Shown here piece after piece: positions 50,013 to 59,942 of a DNA stretch of 64,000 nucleotides (the first letter of the stretch is position 1; each line of letters begins with the position of its first letter). This DNA is from an uncultured delta proteobacterium (lineage in GTDB: Bacteria; Desulfobacterota; Syntrophobacteria; Syntrophobacterales; Syntrophobacteraceae). The stretch lies in assembly GCA_963783775.1 (NCBI GenBank), contig CAWAOR010000007.1, forward strand, positions 99,913 to 163,912, given 5' to 3'. The notes under the pieces were generated by a model. That model saw only the letters and a list, made by a program, of their open reading frames with translations. It was not told the origin of the DNA and ran no database searches. Made by a program: the position numbers and the translations under genes.

Positions 50013-51050
50013 ATGCTGGCACAATGGCTTGGCCTCAACCCGATAGCTCATGGGGCGCTGATCCTGCTCCTAGGAATCGCTCTGGGCTACGCGGTGCATC
50101 TGGTTCTGATCAGGCTCATCGGCCATGGGCGCGGTGCCGGCTCTCCCGCTGACGAGTCATCGGCCATGCAGCGCATCAAAGTGCCGCTCATTCTCGCGGT
50201 GATGGCCATATTTGCCGACGACGCCATTGAGATGGCAGGCATGAAGCAGTTCTGGTGGTGGGATGAATTGCTCGCCGTATTCCAGTCGTTGCCGGTAATC
50301 TCGCTCACCTGGATTCTAGCCACCATCTGCCGCTCCTATTTTGCCCGGATGGTCAACCGTCACCGGGAGGACGGCGCCATCATACACTCCCTGGCTCTGG
50401 TAAACAATCTGATCACCGTGGTCTTGATCGTCGGGGGGTGTCTTGTGCTGCTCCGAATCTGGTCCATTGATCTCAACCCGCTCCTGGCCTCGGCAGGTCT
50501 GGTCACAGCCATCGGCGCTCTGGCTGCCAGGGACACCCTTGCTGATTTTTTCGGCGGAATTGCTATCTTTTTGGATCGCCCCTATCACATTGGCGATTTC
50601 GTAGTGCTGAACAGCGGTGAACGCGGCGAGGTGGAGGGCATTGGCATCCGCAGCACGCGCATCCGCACCCGGGACGATGTTTTTGTCTCCATCCCCAACT
50701 CCGTAATGGCCACCGCCAAGATCATCAATGAGACCGGTTTTTTGCCCCAGTATCGGGTGCGGTGTCATTTGGGGGTAGCCTACAACAGCGACCTCGACGA
50801 GGTGGAGAGGGTGATTCTCGCCTCTTTGGCGGACAATCCCCTCATCCTTCCCGAACCCAAGCCCAGGGTGCGGTATCGGGCTTTTGGCGACTGGGCGGTG
50901 GAGCTGGAAGTGCTGGCCTGGATCAAGGATCCGCGTGACCGGGGAGCGGTGCGTGATCAGATCATCCGGGAGGTCCATCGAGCCTTCCGGGAGGGCCGAA
51001 TCGATATCCCTTTTCCTCAGCAGGAAATAACGCACAAACAGCATGAATAG
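50013..51050 (+). CDS. Small-conductance mechanosensitive channel (MscS family)
   Basis: 345-aa ORF with N-terminal TM helices, then the conserved FFGGIAIFLDRPYHIGDFVVLNSGERGEVEGIGIRSTRIRTRDD core. Confidence 0.9.
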   Translation: MLAQWLGLNPIAHGALILLLGIALGYAVHLVLIRLIGHGRGAGSPADESSAMQRIKVPLILAVMAIFADDAIEMAGMKQFWWWDELLAVFQSLPVISLTWILATICRSYFARMVNRHREDGAIIHSLALVNNLITVVLIVGGCLVLLRIWSIDLNPLLASAGLVTAIGALAARDTLADFFGGIAIFLDRPYHIGDFVVLNSGERGEVEGIGIRSTRIRTRDDVFVSIPNSVMATAKIINETGFLPQYRVRCHLGVAYNSDLDEVERVILASLADNPLILPEPKPRVRYRAFGDWAVELEVLAWIKDPRDRGAVRDQIIREVHRAFREGRIDIPFPQQEITHKQHE

Positions 51051-51157
51051 ACGAAGCAGTGTTGTAGCGGAGCCATTTGCGAGAGCCTTCCTGGAATGGC
51101 CGGGGGAGAACGCTACCCATACATGAATTCGCAACGGACCTTTTGACAGGTTGATGT

Positions 51158-51409
51158 TTGATGGAATGTCCCGTCTGTAAGAATGACTGTGAAACAGGTG
51201 ACCGATTTTGCCGAAACTGCGGGGCGAGTTTGGCTGAAGAGCAACCCCAGGGCCGATTTCGGCCTCTCTTCCAAAAAGCGCAAGACCCGGCCACACCCTT
51301 GCATGATTACGTTTGGCCTTTTTTTATGGCCGCCTTGTGGTTTTGCCTGGGTCTTTTGGCTCTGGCAGGGATTGTGTTCGCCATCGAGTATCTGCTGCGC
51401 AGCAATTGA
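51158..51409 (+). CDS. Zinc-ribbon domain membrane protein (83 aa)
   Basis: CPVCKNDCETGDRFCRNCG zinc ribbon, then a hydrophobic C-terminal TM pair. Confidence 0.55.
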   Translation: MMECPVCKNDCETGDRFCRNCGASLAEEQPQGRFRPLFQKAQDPATPLHDYVWPFFMAALWFCLGLLALAGIVFAIEYLLRSN

Positions 51410-51446
51410 TCCTGAGAAGCCGCAAAAAGACTACGCATCTTTTTCG

Positions 51447-51506
51447 CCACCAAGAGCACGAAGGACACGAAATGATTTTTTCGTGAGTCTTCGTGTGACT
51501 TCGTGG
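51447..51506. repeat. REP-like element family 1, copy c
   Basis: ccaccaagagcacgaaggacacgaaatgattttttcgtgagtcttcgtgtgacttcgtgg. The arms are nearly identical to 1649-1718. Confidence 0.85.
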
Positions 51507-51518
51507 ATGAAAAAAAGG

Positions 51519-52361
51519 TCAAAATGACTGGTCGGCGAATTCCATACTGACGTCAATGGCCCGGGCGGAGTGAGTCAGAGCGCCGCAACTGATGAAATCC
51601 ACTCCGGTTTCGGCAATCGCTCGGATGCGCTCGAGGGTAACGCCCCCTGACGCTTCCAGCAGGCAACGGCCAGCCGTCACGGCAACCGCAGTTTTCAGGT
51701 CTTCCAGCGAGAAATTGTCGAGGAGGATCACGTCCGCTCCGGCACTTATGGCAATCTCCAACTCCTGCAGGTTCTCCACTTCAACTTCGATTCTGAGGGT
51801 ATGAGAGACCCTTTGCCGAGCCCGTTGGACAGCCTCGCGAACTCCGCCCACGGCTGCAATATGATTGTCTTTGATGAGCACTCCGTCATAAAGGCCGAAG
51901 CGATGGTTCGCCCCTCCCCCGTGACGCACCGCTTCCTTTTCCAGAGCCCGCCAGAGGGGTGTGGTCTTGCGCGTATCAAGGAGTCGGCAGGGGGTGCCGC
52001 TCATGGCCTCCACCATCAGCCGCGTCAAGGTGGCAACACCGGACAACCGCTGCAGCAAATTGAGGGCAAGGCGCTCACCGGTCAATAGGGCCTGCATTGC
52101 CCCTGAGAGCTCGAACACGGGCGTGTTGGCCCCGATCTTTTCCCCATCACTGAAAAGGCCTGTGATTTCCACAGCCGGGTCGACCAGGTCGAACACCTTC
52201 CGGAACGGCTTCGATCCCGAGAGCACGAAAGGCTCCCGGGCAAAGACAAAAGCCCGTCCGGATTTTCCCGCCGGGACCACCGCCTCGGTGGTCACATCGC
52301 CATGGCCAAGGTCTTCCTGAAGGGCCAGCCAGAGCAGGAGATCGATTCGGTTCACGGTCAT
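51519..52361 (-). CDS. nadC: Nicotinate-nucleotide pyrophosphorylase (quinolinate phosphoribosyltransferase)
   Basis: Intact 280-aa ORF with typical NadC sequence (LLDTRKTTPLWRALEKEAVRHGGGANHRFGLYDGVLIKDNHI, ILLDNF, LEASGGV). Its start overlaps the valS stop by 4 nt. Confidence 0.93.
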   Translation of the reverse strand: MTVNRIDLLLWLALQEDLGHGDVTTEAVVPAGKSGRAFVFAREPFVLSGSKPFRKVFDLVDPAVEITGLFSDGEKIGANTPVFELSGAMQALLTGERLALNLLQRLSGVATLTRLMVEAMSGTPCRLLDTRKTTPLWRALEKEAVRHGGGANHRFGLYDGVLIKDNHIAAVGGVREAVQRARQRVSHTLRIEVEVENLQELEIAISAGADVILLDNFSLEDLKTAVAVTAGRCLLEASGGVTLERIRAIAETGVDFISCGALTHSARAIDVSMEFADQSF

Positions 52362-55036
52362 TCCTTCACCACGGCACGGTCTCGGAAGGTCTTGATCTTG
52401 TCGTGCTGGCGCCGCAGCTTTTCAAGCTTTTCCCGCAAGCGGGCACCTTTTTCACGCTCTTTCTCGATAACGTCGGCCGGCGCTCTTTTCAGGAAATCTT
52501 CATTGGAGAGTTTTTTCTGCGTGGTGCCGGACTCTTTCTCCAACTTTGCCAGTTCTTTTTCAAGACGTGCGGACTCACTGTCGAAATCCAGCACATCTTC
52601 GAGGAGCACGAATATTTCCACGTTCCCGGCCACGGCGCCGGCGGCCATGCGGGGTTTTTGGAGTTCACCGGTCGAGGCAAGCTGGAGCCCGGCCAGGCGG
52701 CTGAGATCACAGATGGTGCTCACGTGCCCCTGTAAAAGCTCTTTCTCGGCAGCCCTGTCGGCCAGGCAAATGACTTCCACTTTGGTGGCCGGCGGCACGT
52801 TCATCTCGCCGCGGATATTCCTGATGCCCGTGATGACTTCCATGATGAGCGCCATCTGCTTCTCTGCTTCCTCATCCACCCACGGTTCCTCAAAGGTCGG
52901 GAACGAGGCCAGCATGATGCTGTCGCGGGTGGTGGGCAACTTTTGCCAGATTTCCTCGGTCACAAACGGCATGACGGGATGGAGGAGGATGAGGATCTGT
53001 TCCAGGACCCTGAGCGCGATGGTTTGGGCGGTAAGCCGAGCGGTGGCGTCCTCACCGTATAAGTCCGGCTTGATCATTTCCAGGTACCAGTCGCAGTACT
53101 CATGCCAGACGAACTGGTAGAGCACGTGGGCATACTGATTGAAATGGTATCCGGCAAGCGCTGACCTGACCTCGCTGACCACCCGCTGCAACCGGCTCAA
53201 GATCCAGCGGTGCATAAGCTTTTGCGGCTTGCGCGGAAGGGGTGGTACTTCCTTCAAGCCTTCGACAGTCATCAGCACCAGGCGCGCGGCATTCCAGATC
53301 TTGTTGATGAAGTGCCGGTAGCCTTCGATACGTTCTTCGGAGAGTTTGACATCCCGGCCCTGGACGGCCAGCGCCGTGAGCGTGAACCGCAGCGCATCCG
53401 TGCCGTATTGGTCCATCATGATCAGAGGATCGATCACATTGCCCTTGGACTTGCTCATCTTCTGGCCCTGGGAGTCCCGTACCAGGGCATGAACATAGAC
53501 TTCACGGAAAGGCACTTCCTTCATGAAATGAAGGCCCATCATCATCATGCGCGCCACCCAGAAGAAGAGAATATCGAAAGCGGTCACCAGCACCGAGGTG
53601 GGATAGAACCTCTTCAGCTCGAGCGTTTCCTCGGGCCAGCCCAAGGTCGAGAACGGCCAGAGGGCGGAACTGAACCAGGTATCGAGAACGTCCGCGTCCT
53701 GTTCCAGTTCATCCCCGCCGCAGGCGGGACAGCTGGCGGGATCCTGCTGGGCGACGATGACCTCGCCGCAGTGTGAGCAATACCAGGCAGGAATGCGGTG
53801 CCCCCACCAGATCTGTCTGCTGATGCACCAGTCTTCAAGGTTTTCCAGCCAGATGAAATAGTCTTTTTCCCACTTGGCGGGAATGATCTGCGTTTTCCCT
53901 TCCCGCACCGCCGCAATAGCCTGGTCGGCCAGCGGGCGGGTCGCCACAAACCACTGCAGGGAGAGCATGGGTTCAACCACACTCTGGCAACGATAACAGT
54001 GGCCCACGCGGTGCTTGTGGCTTTCCAGCTTGACCAGGTAGCCACCCTTTTCCAGTTCTTTGACGATGCGCTTGCGGCAGGAGTAGCGATCCAGCCCGGC
54101 ATAGGGCCCGGCCGCTTCCCCCATAATCCCGTCTTCGTTGATAACCTGGAGCAGGTCCAGCCCATGGCGTCGGGCTACTTCGAAGTCATTGAAGTCGTGG
54201 GCGGGGGTGATCTTCAAGGCCCCGGTCCCGAATTCGCGATCGACGTAGGCATCGGCGATGACGGGAAGAGGCCGTTCCACCAGGGGCAGCAGCACCTTTT
54301 GGCCGATGGTGGCCTTGTAGCGAGGATCCTCCGGATGAACGGCCACGGCCATATCACCGAGCATGGTCTCGGGACGGGTCGTGGCCACCACCACCCCTCC
54401 CTTGCCCCCGACAACCGGGTATCGCACATAGTATAGATGGCCGTCGAGCTCCTCACCTTCGACTTCGATATTGGCCAGGGCCGTCATGCAGCGCGGGCAC
54501 CAGTTGATCATTCGTTTGCCCCGGTAGATGAGTCCCTCCTGATACAGGCTCACAAAGACCTGCCGGACCGCCCGCGAGAGTCCTTCATCCATGGTGAACC
54601 GCTGCCGTTCCCAATCGCAGGAGGCTCCCAACCGCTTCAACTGATTGATAATGATGCCCCCGTATTTCTCCTTCCAGTCCCACACGCTTTGCAGGAAAGC
54701 TTCCCGGCCCACTTGATGCCGCGTCTGCCGCACCGCCGCCAGATGCCGCTCCACCACATTTTGCGTCGCTATTCCGGCATGGTCGGTGCCGGGCACCCAG
54801 AGCACTTCGAAGCCCGCCAGGCGCTTGTACCGGCAGACAATATCCTGCAGGGTGTTGTTGAGTGCATGGCCCATATGCAGTTGCCCGGTCACATTGGGGG
54901 GGGGGATGACAATACTGAAAGGCGGCTTCGAGCCGTCAAGACCGGCGTGAAACCGACCATCTTGCTCCCAGCAGGCGTACCAATGCGATTCTACTTCCTT
55001 AAATGCATATGCTTTGGGCAAATTGCCTTCACTCAT
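52358..55036 (-). CDS. valS: Valine--tRNA ligase
   Basis: Intact 892-aa ORF. HIGH-type PPPNVTGQLHMGHAL, KMSKS present, C-terminal coiled coil. Confidence 0.98.
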   Translation of the reverse strand: MSEGNLPKAYAFKEVESHWYACWEQDGRFHAGLDGSKPPFSIVIPPPNVTGQLHMGHALNNTLQDIVCRYKRLAGFEVLWVPGTDHAGIATQNVVERHLAAVRQTRHQVGREAFLQSVWDWKEKYGGIIINQLKRLGASCDWERQRFTMDEGLSRAVRQVFVSLYQEGLIYRGKRMINWCPRCMTALANIEVEGEELDGHLYYVRYPVVGGKGGVVVATTRPETMLGDMAVAVHPEDPRYKATIGQKVLLPLVERPLPVIADAYVDREFGTGALKITPAHDFNDFEVARRHGLDLLQVINEDGIMGEAAGPYAGLDRYSCRKRIVKELEKGGYLVKLESHKHRVGHCYRCQSVVEPMLSLQWFVATRPLADQAIAAVREGKTQIIPAKWEKDYFIWLENLEDWCISRQIWWGHRIPAWYCSHCGEVIVAQQDPASCPACGGDELEQDADVLDTWFSSALWPFSTLGWPEETLELKRFYPTSVLVTAFDILFFWVARMMMMGLHFMKEVPFREVYVHALVRDSQGQKMSKSKGNVIDPLIMMDQYGTDALRFTLTALAVQGRDVKLSEERIEGYRHFINKIWNAARLVLMTVEGLKEVPPLPRKPQKLMHRWILSRLQRVVSEVRSALAGYHFNQYAHVLYQFVWHEYCDWYLEMIKPDLYGEDATARLTAQTIALRVLEQILILLHPVMPFVTEEIWQKLPTTRDSIMLASFPTFEEPWVDEEAEKQMALIMEVITGIRNIRGEMNVPPATKVEVICLADRAAEKELLQGHVSTICDLSRLAGLQLASTGELQKPRMAAGAVAGNVEIFVLLEDVLDFDSESARLEKELAKLEKESGTTQKKLSNEDFLKRAPADVIEKEREKGARLREKLEKLRRQHDKIKTFRDRAVVKE

Positions 55037-55099
55037 GGAAGTGCTCCCCCCGTGCTCTACAGCCGTTATCGCAAGTCAGACAGAAAGATCCTGATATTA

Positions 55100-55774
55100 T
55101 TAGGCTTCCGACTCCCCATCGCTTTTCATGCGTTCGATTTCTTCCCGCAATACCGCGCGCACGATTTCGGGCAGTCGCGCTTCAACAACTTCCCGCACCG
55201 TATCGAGCAGTTTACTCTCGATCCGAACCACGAAATCCTCCAGGAACACATCCTGGTCGGCGGGCGCAGCCATCGGCTCACTGACGGGTGGCGGGCTTGT
55301 GTCTTCAAGCCCGAGTGCTTCGGTTCCAGCCGTGGGTGCGGCGTCTGCAAGGACCTCACTGGTATCCGCGAAAAGCACGGGAGCCGGCTCCTCGGGCGTC
55401 GGTTCGGGTTGCGCCTTCGCCGTGTTCTCCCCCGGTTCCGCTTTCGCCGGCTGGTCCTGAAAGAAGGGCAGTTCCTTCAAAAGGTCGTCATCAAAGAGGA
55501 ATTCCTCTTCCGCTTCCCCCTTGCCCTCATTTTCCTTCAAGTCCAGCGGGTGTTCCGCATCCAGGATTTCCACGTCAAAGGCCGGTTCCTCATCATCTTC
55601 CAAACCATTGGCGGTGAGTTCAACGATCTCATCATCCAGTTCGATGATCTCCTCATCCAGATCCTCGAATTCAGCATCGAAGTCTTTGGAGGAAACCAAA
55701 GGAGACTCTTCCCATTCCTCGGCACGTTTTGGCTTTTTCATCTTCTCTCTCTCTTTAGCACGTTCGTTCTCCAC
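55100..55774 (-). CDS. Highly acidic hypothetical protein (224 aa)
   Basis: Long D/E-rich ORF upstream of valS on the same strand, with an amphipathic C-terminus (VVRIESKLLDTVREVVEARLPEIVRAVLREEIERMK). No family recognised. Confidence 0.5.
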   Translation of the reverse strand: MENERAKEREKMKKPKRAEEWEESPLVSSKDFDAEFEDLDEEIIELDDEIVELTANGLEDDEEPAFDVEILDAEHPLDLKENEGKGEAEEEFLFDDDLLKELPFFQDQPAKAEPGENTAKAQPEPTPEEPAPVLFADTSEVLADAAPTAGTEALGLEDTSPPPVSEPMAAPADQDVFLEDFVVRIESKLLDTVREVVEARLPEIVRAVLREEIERMKSDGESEA

Positions 55775-55970
55775 CGTTTTGATGAGTGGGATTCTACCTT
55801 CTCCGGAAGAAAGGTAAACCCAATTTCACGCAACCCAGCAGCGCCCCCCGATACCATGCGCCAAAATCTTCTGTCAAGCTGCATATTTCCGTGGAAAAGA
55901 CGGACCGGCCCATCCCCCGCCGACCTTTTCACATTGACCTGGACCAACCCTTTCCGATAGATTAACGGCG

Positions 55971-57161
55971 ATGAAAAAGACCCTCTACAAGTACTTGATC
56001 CGAGAACAGATTGTGCCCCTGAGCGTGTGCTTCTTCGGGTTGACCCTGATCCTCATAACGGGACGAATGCTCCAACTCACCCGCTATCTGTTCACTTCTT
56101 CCCTGACCGTCGCCGACCTCGTCGCACTCATGGCTTTTGCCATGCCCAACCTGATTCTCTATGCGCTTCCCATGGCCACCCTGGTGGGCGTCCTCCTGGC
56201 TTTCGTGCGCCTCAACAGCGATAACGAACTGATCGCCATGCGGGCCGCCGGAATCGGTTTTCATCAGTTTTTCCCGGGTATCATATCATTGCTTGTGGTG
56301 ACCACGGTCTTTTCCTTTTTCAATGTGCTTTATCTGATGCCGTCCGCCAACCGCGCTTTCGAAATGAAGGTCAAATCCCTCGGGCGCAGTATACTCCCCG
56401 TGCTTTTGAAAGAGGGCACCTTTATTGACATCGTCCCCAAGATCGTTTTCTTCTTCGGGTCTGTGGACCCAGGAAAACTGAAGATTGATGGGATCTTCGT
56501 GCAAGACAACCGGCAACCGGAGGTTGGCGTGGTCATTGTGGCTGACCATGCGCAAATTGCCTACCCTCCGGACCTGAGCCAGCTTGTCTTCAAGATCTCG
56601 AGCGGCATGATCACGCGGGTTTCCGATGATATGAGGAATGCTCAGGCCATCGCCTTCAAGAATTATGATCTGGCCCTGTCCCTGGACGAGCTTTTCGGGG
56701 CCTCGTCGGAATTCACCAAAGGACGCAAAGAAATGACCCTGAGCGAACTGGTGAAGAGAATTCGAGAACAGGGCTCAGACTTTGATCTGAGCTTTTCTCT
56801 GGAATTCCATCGCCGCCTCGCCCTCCCCTTCGGCTGCCTGCTGCTCGGCCTCGTGGGAGCACCCCTCGGAGCCATCTTCCGCCAGAGCGGGCGGATGGCC
56901 GGGATCACCCTCGGTCTGGGGATCTTTCTCACTTACTATATCGTCCTGTCTGCCGGCAAAGGACTGGGAGAAAATGGGCTCCTCTCGCCTTTTCTTGCGG
57001 TCTGGCTGCCCAACCTCCTCACCGCGCTGGTGGCCGTTTTCCTTTGGATCAAGATGCAGCTTGAGATTCCCCTGGGAATCAGGGACATCGGCCGGCTCCG
57101 TCAGGAACTCAGGCGACAACTGCAGGAGGTTTTCACTTTTCCCAGACACCGTAAATCCTGA
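55971..57161 (+). CDS. lptF: LPS export ABC transporter permease LptF (YjgP/YjgQ family)
   Basis: 396-aa ORF. MKKTLYKYLIREQIVPLSVCFFGLTLIL is a typical YjgP/YjgQ N-terminus. Six-TM layout with a large periplasmic loop. Followed immediately by its paralog. Confidence 0.8.
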   Translation: MKKTLYKYLIREQIVPLSVCFFGLTLILITGRMLQLTRYLFTSSLTVADLVALMAFAMPNLILYALPMATLVGVLLAFVRLNSDNELIAMRAAGIGFHQFFPGIISLLVVTTVFSFFNVLYLMPSANRAFEMKVKSLGRSILPVLLKEGTFIDIVPKIVFFFGSVDPGKLKIDGIFVQDNRQPEVGVVIVADHAQIAYPPDLSQLVFKISSGMITRVSDDMRNAQAIAFKNYDLALSLDELFGASSEFTKGRKEMTLSELVKRIREQGSDFDLSFSLEFHRRLALPFGCLLLGLVGAPLGAIFRQSGRMAGITLGLGIFLTYYIVLSAGKGLGENGLLSPFLAVWLPNLLTALVAVFLWIKMQLEIPLGIRDIGRLRQELRRQLQEVFTFPRHRKS

Positions 57162-57162
57162 T

Positions 57163-58239
57163 ATGAAGATCATCTCCCGATACGTGCTGCGCCATTTTTT
57201 CCCGGTTTTCAGCCTCGCCCTCGGTGGGATTGTGGGCCTTTACCTGGTGATCGACTTTTTCGAAAAAATCGATAATTTGCTGGAAAAGCAAGTCGGTGCA
57301 GCGGATATCTTTTCCTACTTCATGCTCAAGATACCCTTTATCGTGACCCAGGGCATCCCCATGGCCACCCTTCTCGCGTCCCTTATCGCCATTGGCATCC
57401 TCAAACGGAACCGGGAACTCATCGCCCTGGAAACGGCAGGGATCAGAGCCACATCCTATGTCATGCCCATTCTCCTGACGGCCATGGGGCTCTCCGTGGC
57501 TCATTTCCTGGTCGACGAAACGCTGGCCCGCGCCATGAATTACAGGGCGGAGCAGATCTGGCAAAGGGAAGTCCTCAACCAGAAGGCCTCCCTGGCGTGG
57601 AGCCACGAAAACGTCTGGTACCGGGGCCAGAACGTCATCTATCAGATTCGCCTGTACAATAAGGAGGCGGCAAGCCTCGAGAAGGTATCGCTCTTTTACC
57701 TGAATTCCCAGTTTGAACTGACCGAGCGGTTGGATGCCAGACGGGCCCGCTGGCAGAACCAGCGCTGGATTGCGGAAGACGGTTTGATTCTTCGGTTCAC
57801 CGGCTCCAAAATCGAGCAGGAATGGTTTACCGAGCGTGAACTTACCCTTGCGGAAACACCTGGGGATTTTGCCCGCCTGGAAACCATACCGGAAGAACAG
57901 AACTGGCTTGATCTATACGAATACACACAGAAAATCAGGGCCGAGGGTTACCACGCCAAACCCTATGAAGTGGAGCTGCACATGCGGCTGGCCCTACCCC
58001 TGACCACCTTGATCGTGGCGCTGCTGGGAGTGACCATCGCGCTGAGCCAGGGACTGCACGGCGGCATTGCCATCGGCGTGGGCATCGCTCTGGTGGTGGC
58101 CTCTCTCTACTTCGTAGTGCTGAACCTGGGATCAGCCCTGGCCACGGCGGGCATCCTGCCGCCTCTGGTAGGAGTCTGGGCAGCGGACATCATCTTTGCC
58201 ACCCTTGCCGGATATCTCTGGACCGCCAGAGTTCGTTGA
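57163..58239 (+). CDS. lptG: LPS export ABC transporter permease LptG (YjgP/YjgQ family)
   Basis: The ATG at 57163 is 1 nt after the lptF stop. MKIISRYVLRHFFPVFSLALGGIVGLYLVIDFFEK. Confidence 0.8.
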   Translation: MKIISRYVLRHFFPVFSLALGGIVGLYLVIDFFEKIDNLLEKQVGAADIFSYFMLKIPFIVTQGIPMATLLASLIAIGILKRNRELIALETAGIRATSYVMPILLTAMGLSVAHFLVDETLARAMNYRAEQIWQREVLNQKASLAWSHENVWYRGQNVIYQIRLYNKEAASLEKVSLFYLNSQFELTERLDARRARWQNQRWIAEDGLILRFTGSKIEQEWFTERELTLAETPGDFARLETIPEEQNWLDLYEYTQKIRAEGYHAKPYEVELHMRLALPLTTLIVALLGVTIALSQGLHGGIAIGVGIALVVASLYFVVLNLGSALATAGILPPLVGVWAADIIFATLAGYLWTARVR

Positions 58240-58270
58240 CTTCCCGAAAGCCAAAACGTAAACCCCAACA

Positions 58271-58321
58271 CCATCAGCCATCAGCCATCAGCATCAGCCA
58301 TGAGCCATGAGCCATGAGCCA
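58271..58321. repeat. Heptamer tandem repeat (ccatcag / ccatgag units)
   Basis: ccatcagccatcagccatcagcatcagccatgagccatgagccatgagcc, between the convergent lptG and the response regulator gene. Confidence 0.85.
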
Positions 58322-58324
58322 CTT

Positions 58325-58687
58325 CTACGGCAGGCGCGTCTCGAGGGCCAGCCCGATCTTCTTTTTCAACTCCGTCAAATCGAAGCTCTTCACCACGTAA
58401 AAATCGGCGGCAATGGACTTCATGTCTTCCTTGAAAGTATCGTAGGCCGTAGAGAGGATGACCGGCAGGTCGTAGAAGCGATTTCTGATATCCTGCAGCA
58501 GATCCAGACCGTTGTAATCCACCATCTTGATGTCCAGGATGATCAGGTCCGGCTTTTCTTCATCGATACGTTCCAAAAGTTTGTATCCACTCTCGGCAGT
58601 GATGACCTCATAGCCCGCTTCTTTCAATTCTTCAGAATAGAGCAATCGGATATGTTCTTCATCGTCGACAACCAGGATCTTAGGCAT
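58325..58687 (-). CDS. Single-domain response regulator (CheY-like receiver)
   Basis: 120-aa ORF. KILVVDDEEHIR, phospho-acceptor context DLIILDIKM, conserved T/K positions. Confidence 0.9.
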   Translation of the reverse strand: MPKILVVDDEEHIRLLYSEELKEAGYEVITAESGYKLLERIDEEKPDLIILDIKMVDYNGLDLLQDIRNRFYDLPVILSTAYDTFKEDMKSIAADFYVVKSFDLTELKKKIGLALETRLP

Positions 58688-58712
58688 GTCCTTCCTCCGC
58701 TGGTGTTAGATC

Positions 58713-59927
58713 CTATTCCCAGACCTTGAGCAGATAAGGCTTGGTTTCCTCAAAAGTGGTGCATTCGTTTTCCACATACTCTTCGGTTTGCTGCACGGAC
58801 ATCCGTTCGGTCTTTTTTACGAAGGACAGGACCTTACCCAGATAGAGGGGGAGAAGAGAATCCAGCAGGAGAGTGCGTTTCGACTCGTCGGCCCGAAAAT
58901 AGGCATTGGCGGCGTCAAACAGAATTCTGGCCCAGGTTTGGGTGGGAAAGGAGAAGTGCTGCAAGCCCATGGTCCGGATTTCCTGGAGTTTGGGGCAGAC
59001 GGTCTGGTCATATATTTGCTGCCACATGCCGTCGTACTTGTCGAAGCCTTGCAGGAACCGCTCGTGAAGGCGGGCCACGTTGACTTCGGTGGGCACGGGC
59101 GTCTCGATATCATGGGTGTCGGTGCCGAACAGCAGCGTCGGCTTGCTCCATTTGACCTGACGCCAGAAGTCGGCATACGGGATCATCAGATCAAAAATCG
59201 TGCGGATCACCTGTGGGAAGAGCACGGGCAGGTGCGCGTAGAGGTCCTTCAGGCGGTGCATTTTGGGCGCCCCGATGATCGACTGGCAGATGGGCAGGCG
59301 CGCATTCAGAGCGATGGTGGTCATCCAGATGTCGACGCCGAAATGCGCGACGGCATCGGTCCATCCCGGCGAACTGAGAAACTTTTCCACCAGATCGCCG
59401 CGCATACCGAAATCCCCCACGTTGGGCTGGCGCACGCGGCGGCCGTAAAGACAGCGCATGAGCGGATAAACAAGCGAACTGGTCAAGGTCGCCTCGTATT
59501 TGTGGCGGACGTAGAGCGGGCAGACATAGCCGGCGCCGTTGCGCACGGGCTCTCCCAGGTTCCTTACCCAGTGGGGCGCCACATTCCGGATATCGGCTTC
59601 GAGGACAACGACGATGCGGGCTTCCAGGTCTCGCACTTTTTCAAAGAGGTTGCGGAGGTTGTTCCCCTTCCCATGCTGATCGGGGGCGGTCGAAAGATAG
59701 ATTTTGGGCATTTCGCTCGGCGTCGCGAAAAACGCCTCCTTGGTGCCATCCGTAGAATGATTGTCACAGTTAATGATGACACTCCCGAGACCACCGAAGT
59801 ATTCCGCCAATCCCCGGGCTGCCTCCATGGTGGTGTGGCCGATGGTTCCCGCTTCATTGCAGGAGGGTATGGCCACCACCATCTCGGCCCTGGTGATGCT
59901 GCTGGGATTCTCTTCGTAAAAAGCCAT
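58713..59927 (-). CDS. GT-A fold glycosyltransferase (GT2-like)
   Basis: 404-aa ORF. VVAIPSCNEAGTIG, NCDNHSTDGT, a DxD-like EAD, long helical C-terminal extension. The exact family is not resolved by eye. Confidence 0.6.
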   Translation of the reverse strand: MAFYEENPSSITRAEMVVAIPSCNEAGTIGHTTMEAARGLAEYFGGLGSVIINCDNHSTDGTKEAFFATPSEMPKIYLSTAPDQHGKGNNLRNLFEKVRDLEARIVVVLEADIRNVAPHWVRNLGEPVRNGAGYVCPLYVRHKYEATLTSSLVYPLMRCLYGRRVRQPNVGDFGMRGDLVEKFLSSPGWTDAVAHFGVDIWMTTIALNARLPICQSIIGAPKMHRLKDLYAHLPVLFPQVIRTIFDLMIPYADFWRQVKWSKPTLLFGTDTHDIETPVPTEVNVARLHERFLQGFDKYDGMWQQIYDQTVCPKLQEIRTMGLQHFSFPTQTWARILFDAANAYFRADESKRTLLLDSLLPLYLGKVLSFVKKTERMSVQQTEEYVENECTTFEETKPYLLKVWE

Positions 59928-59942
59928 GGTCGACTCCCTGAA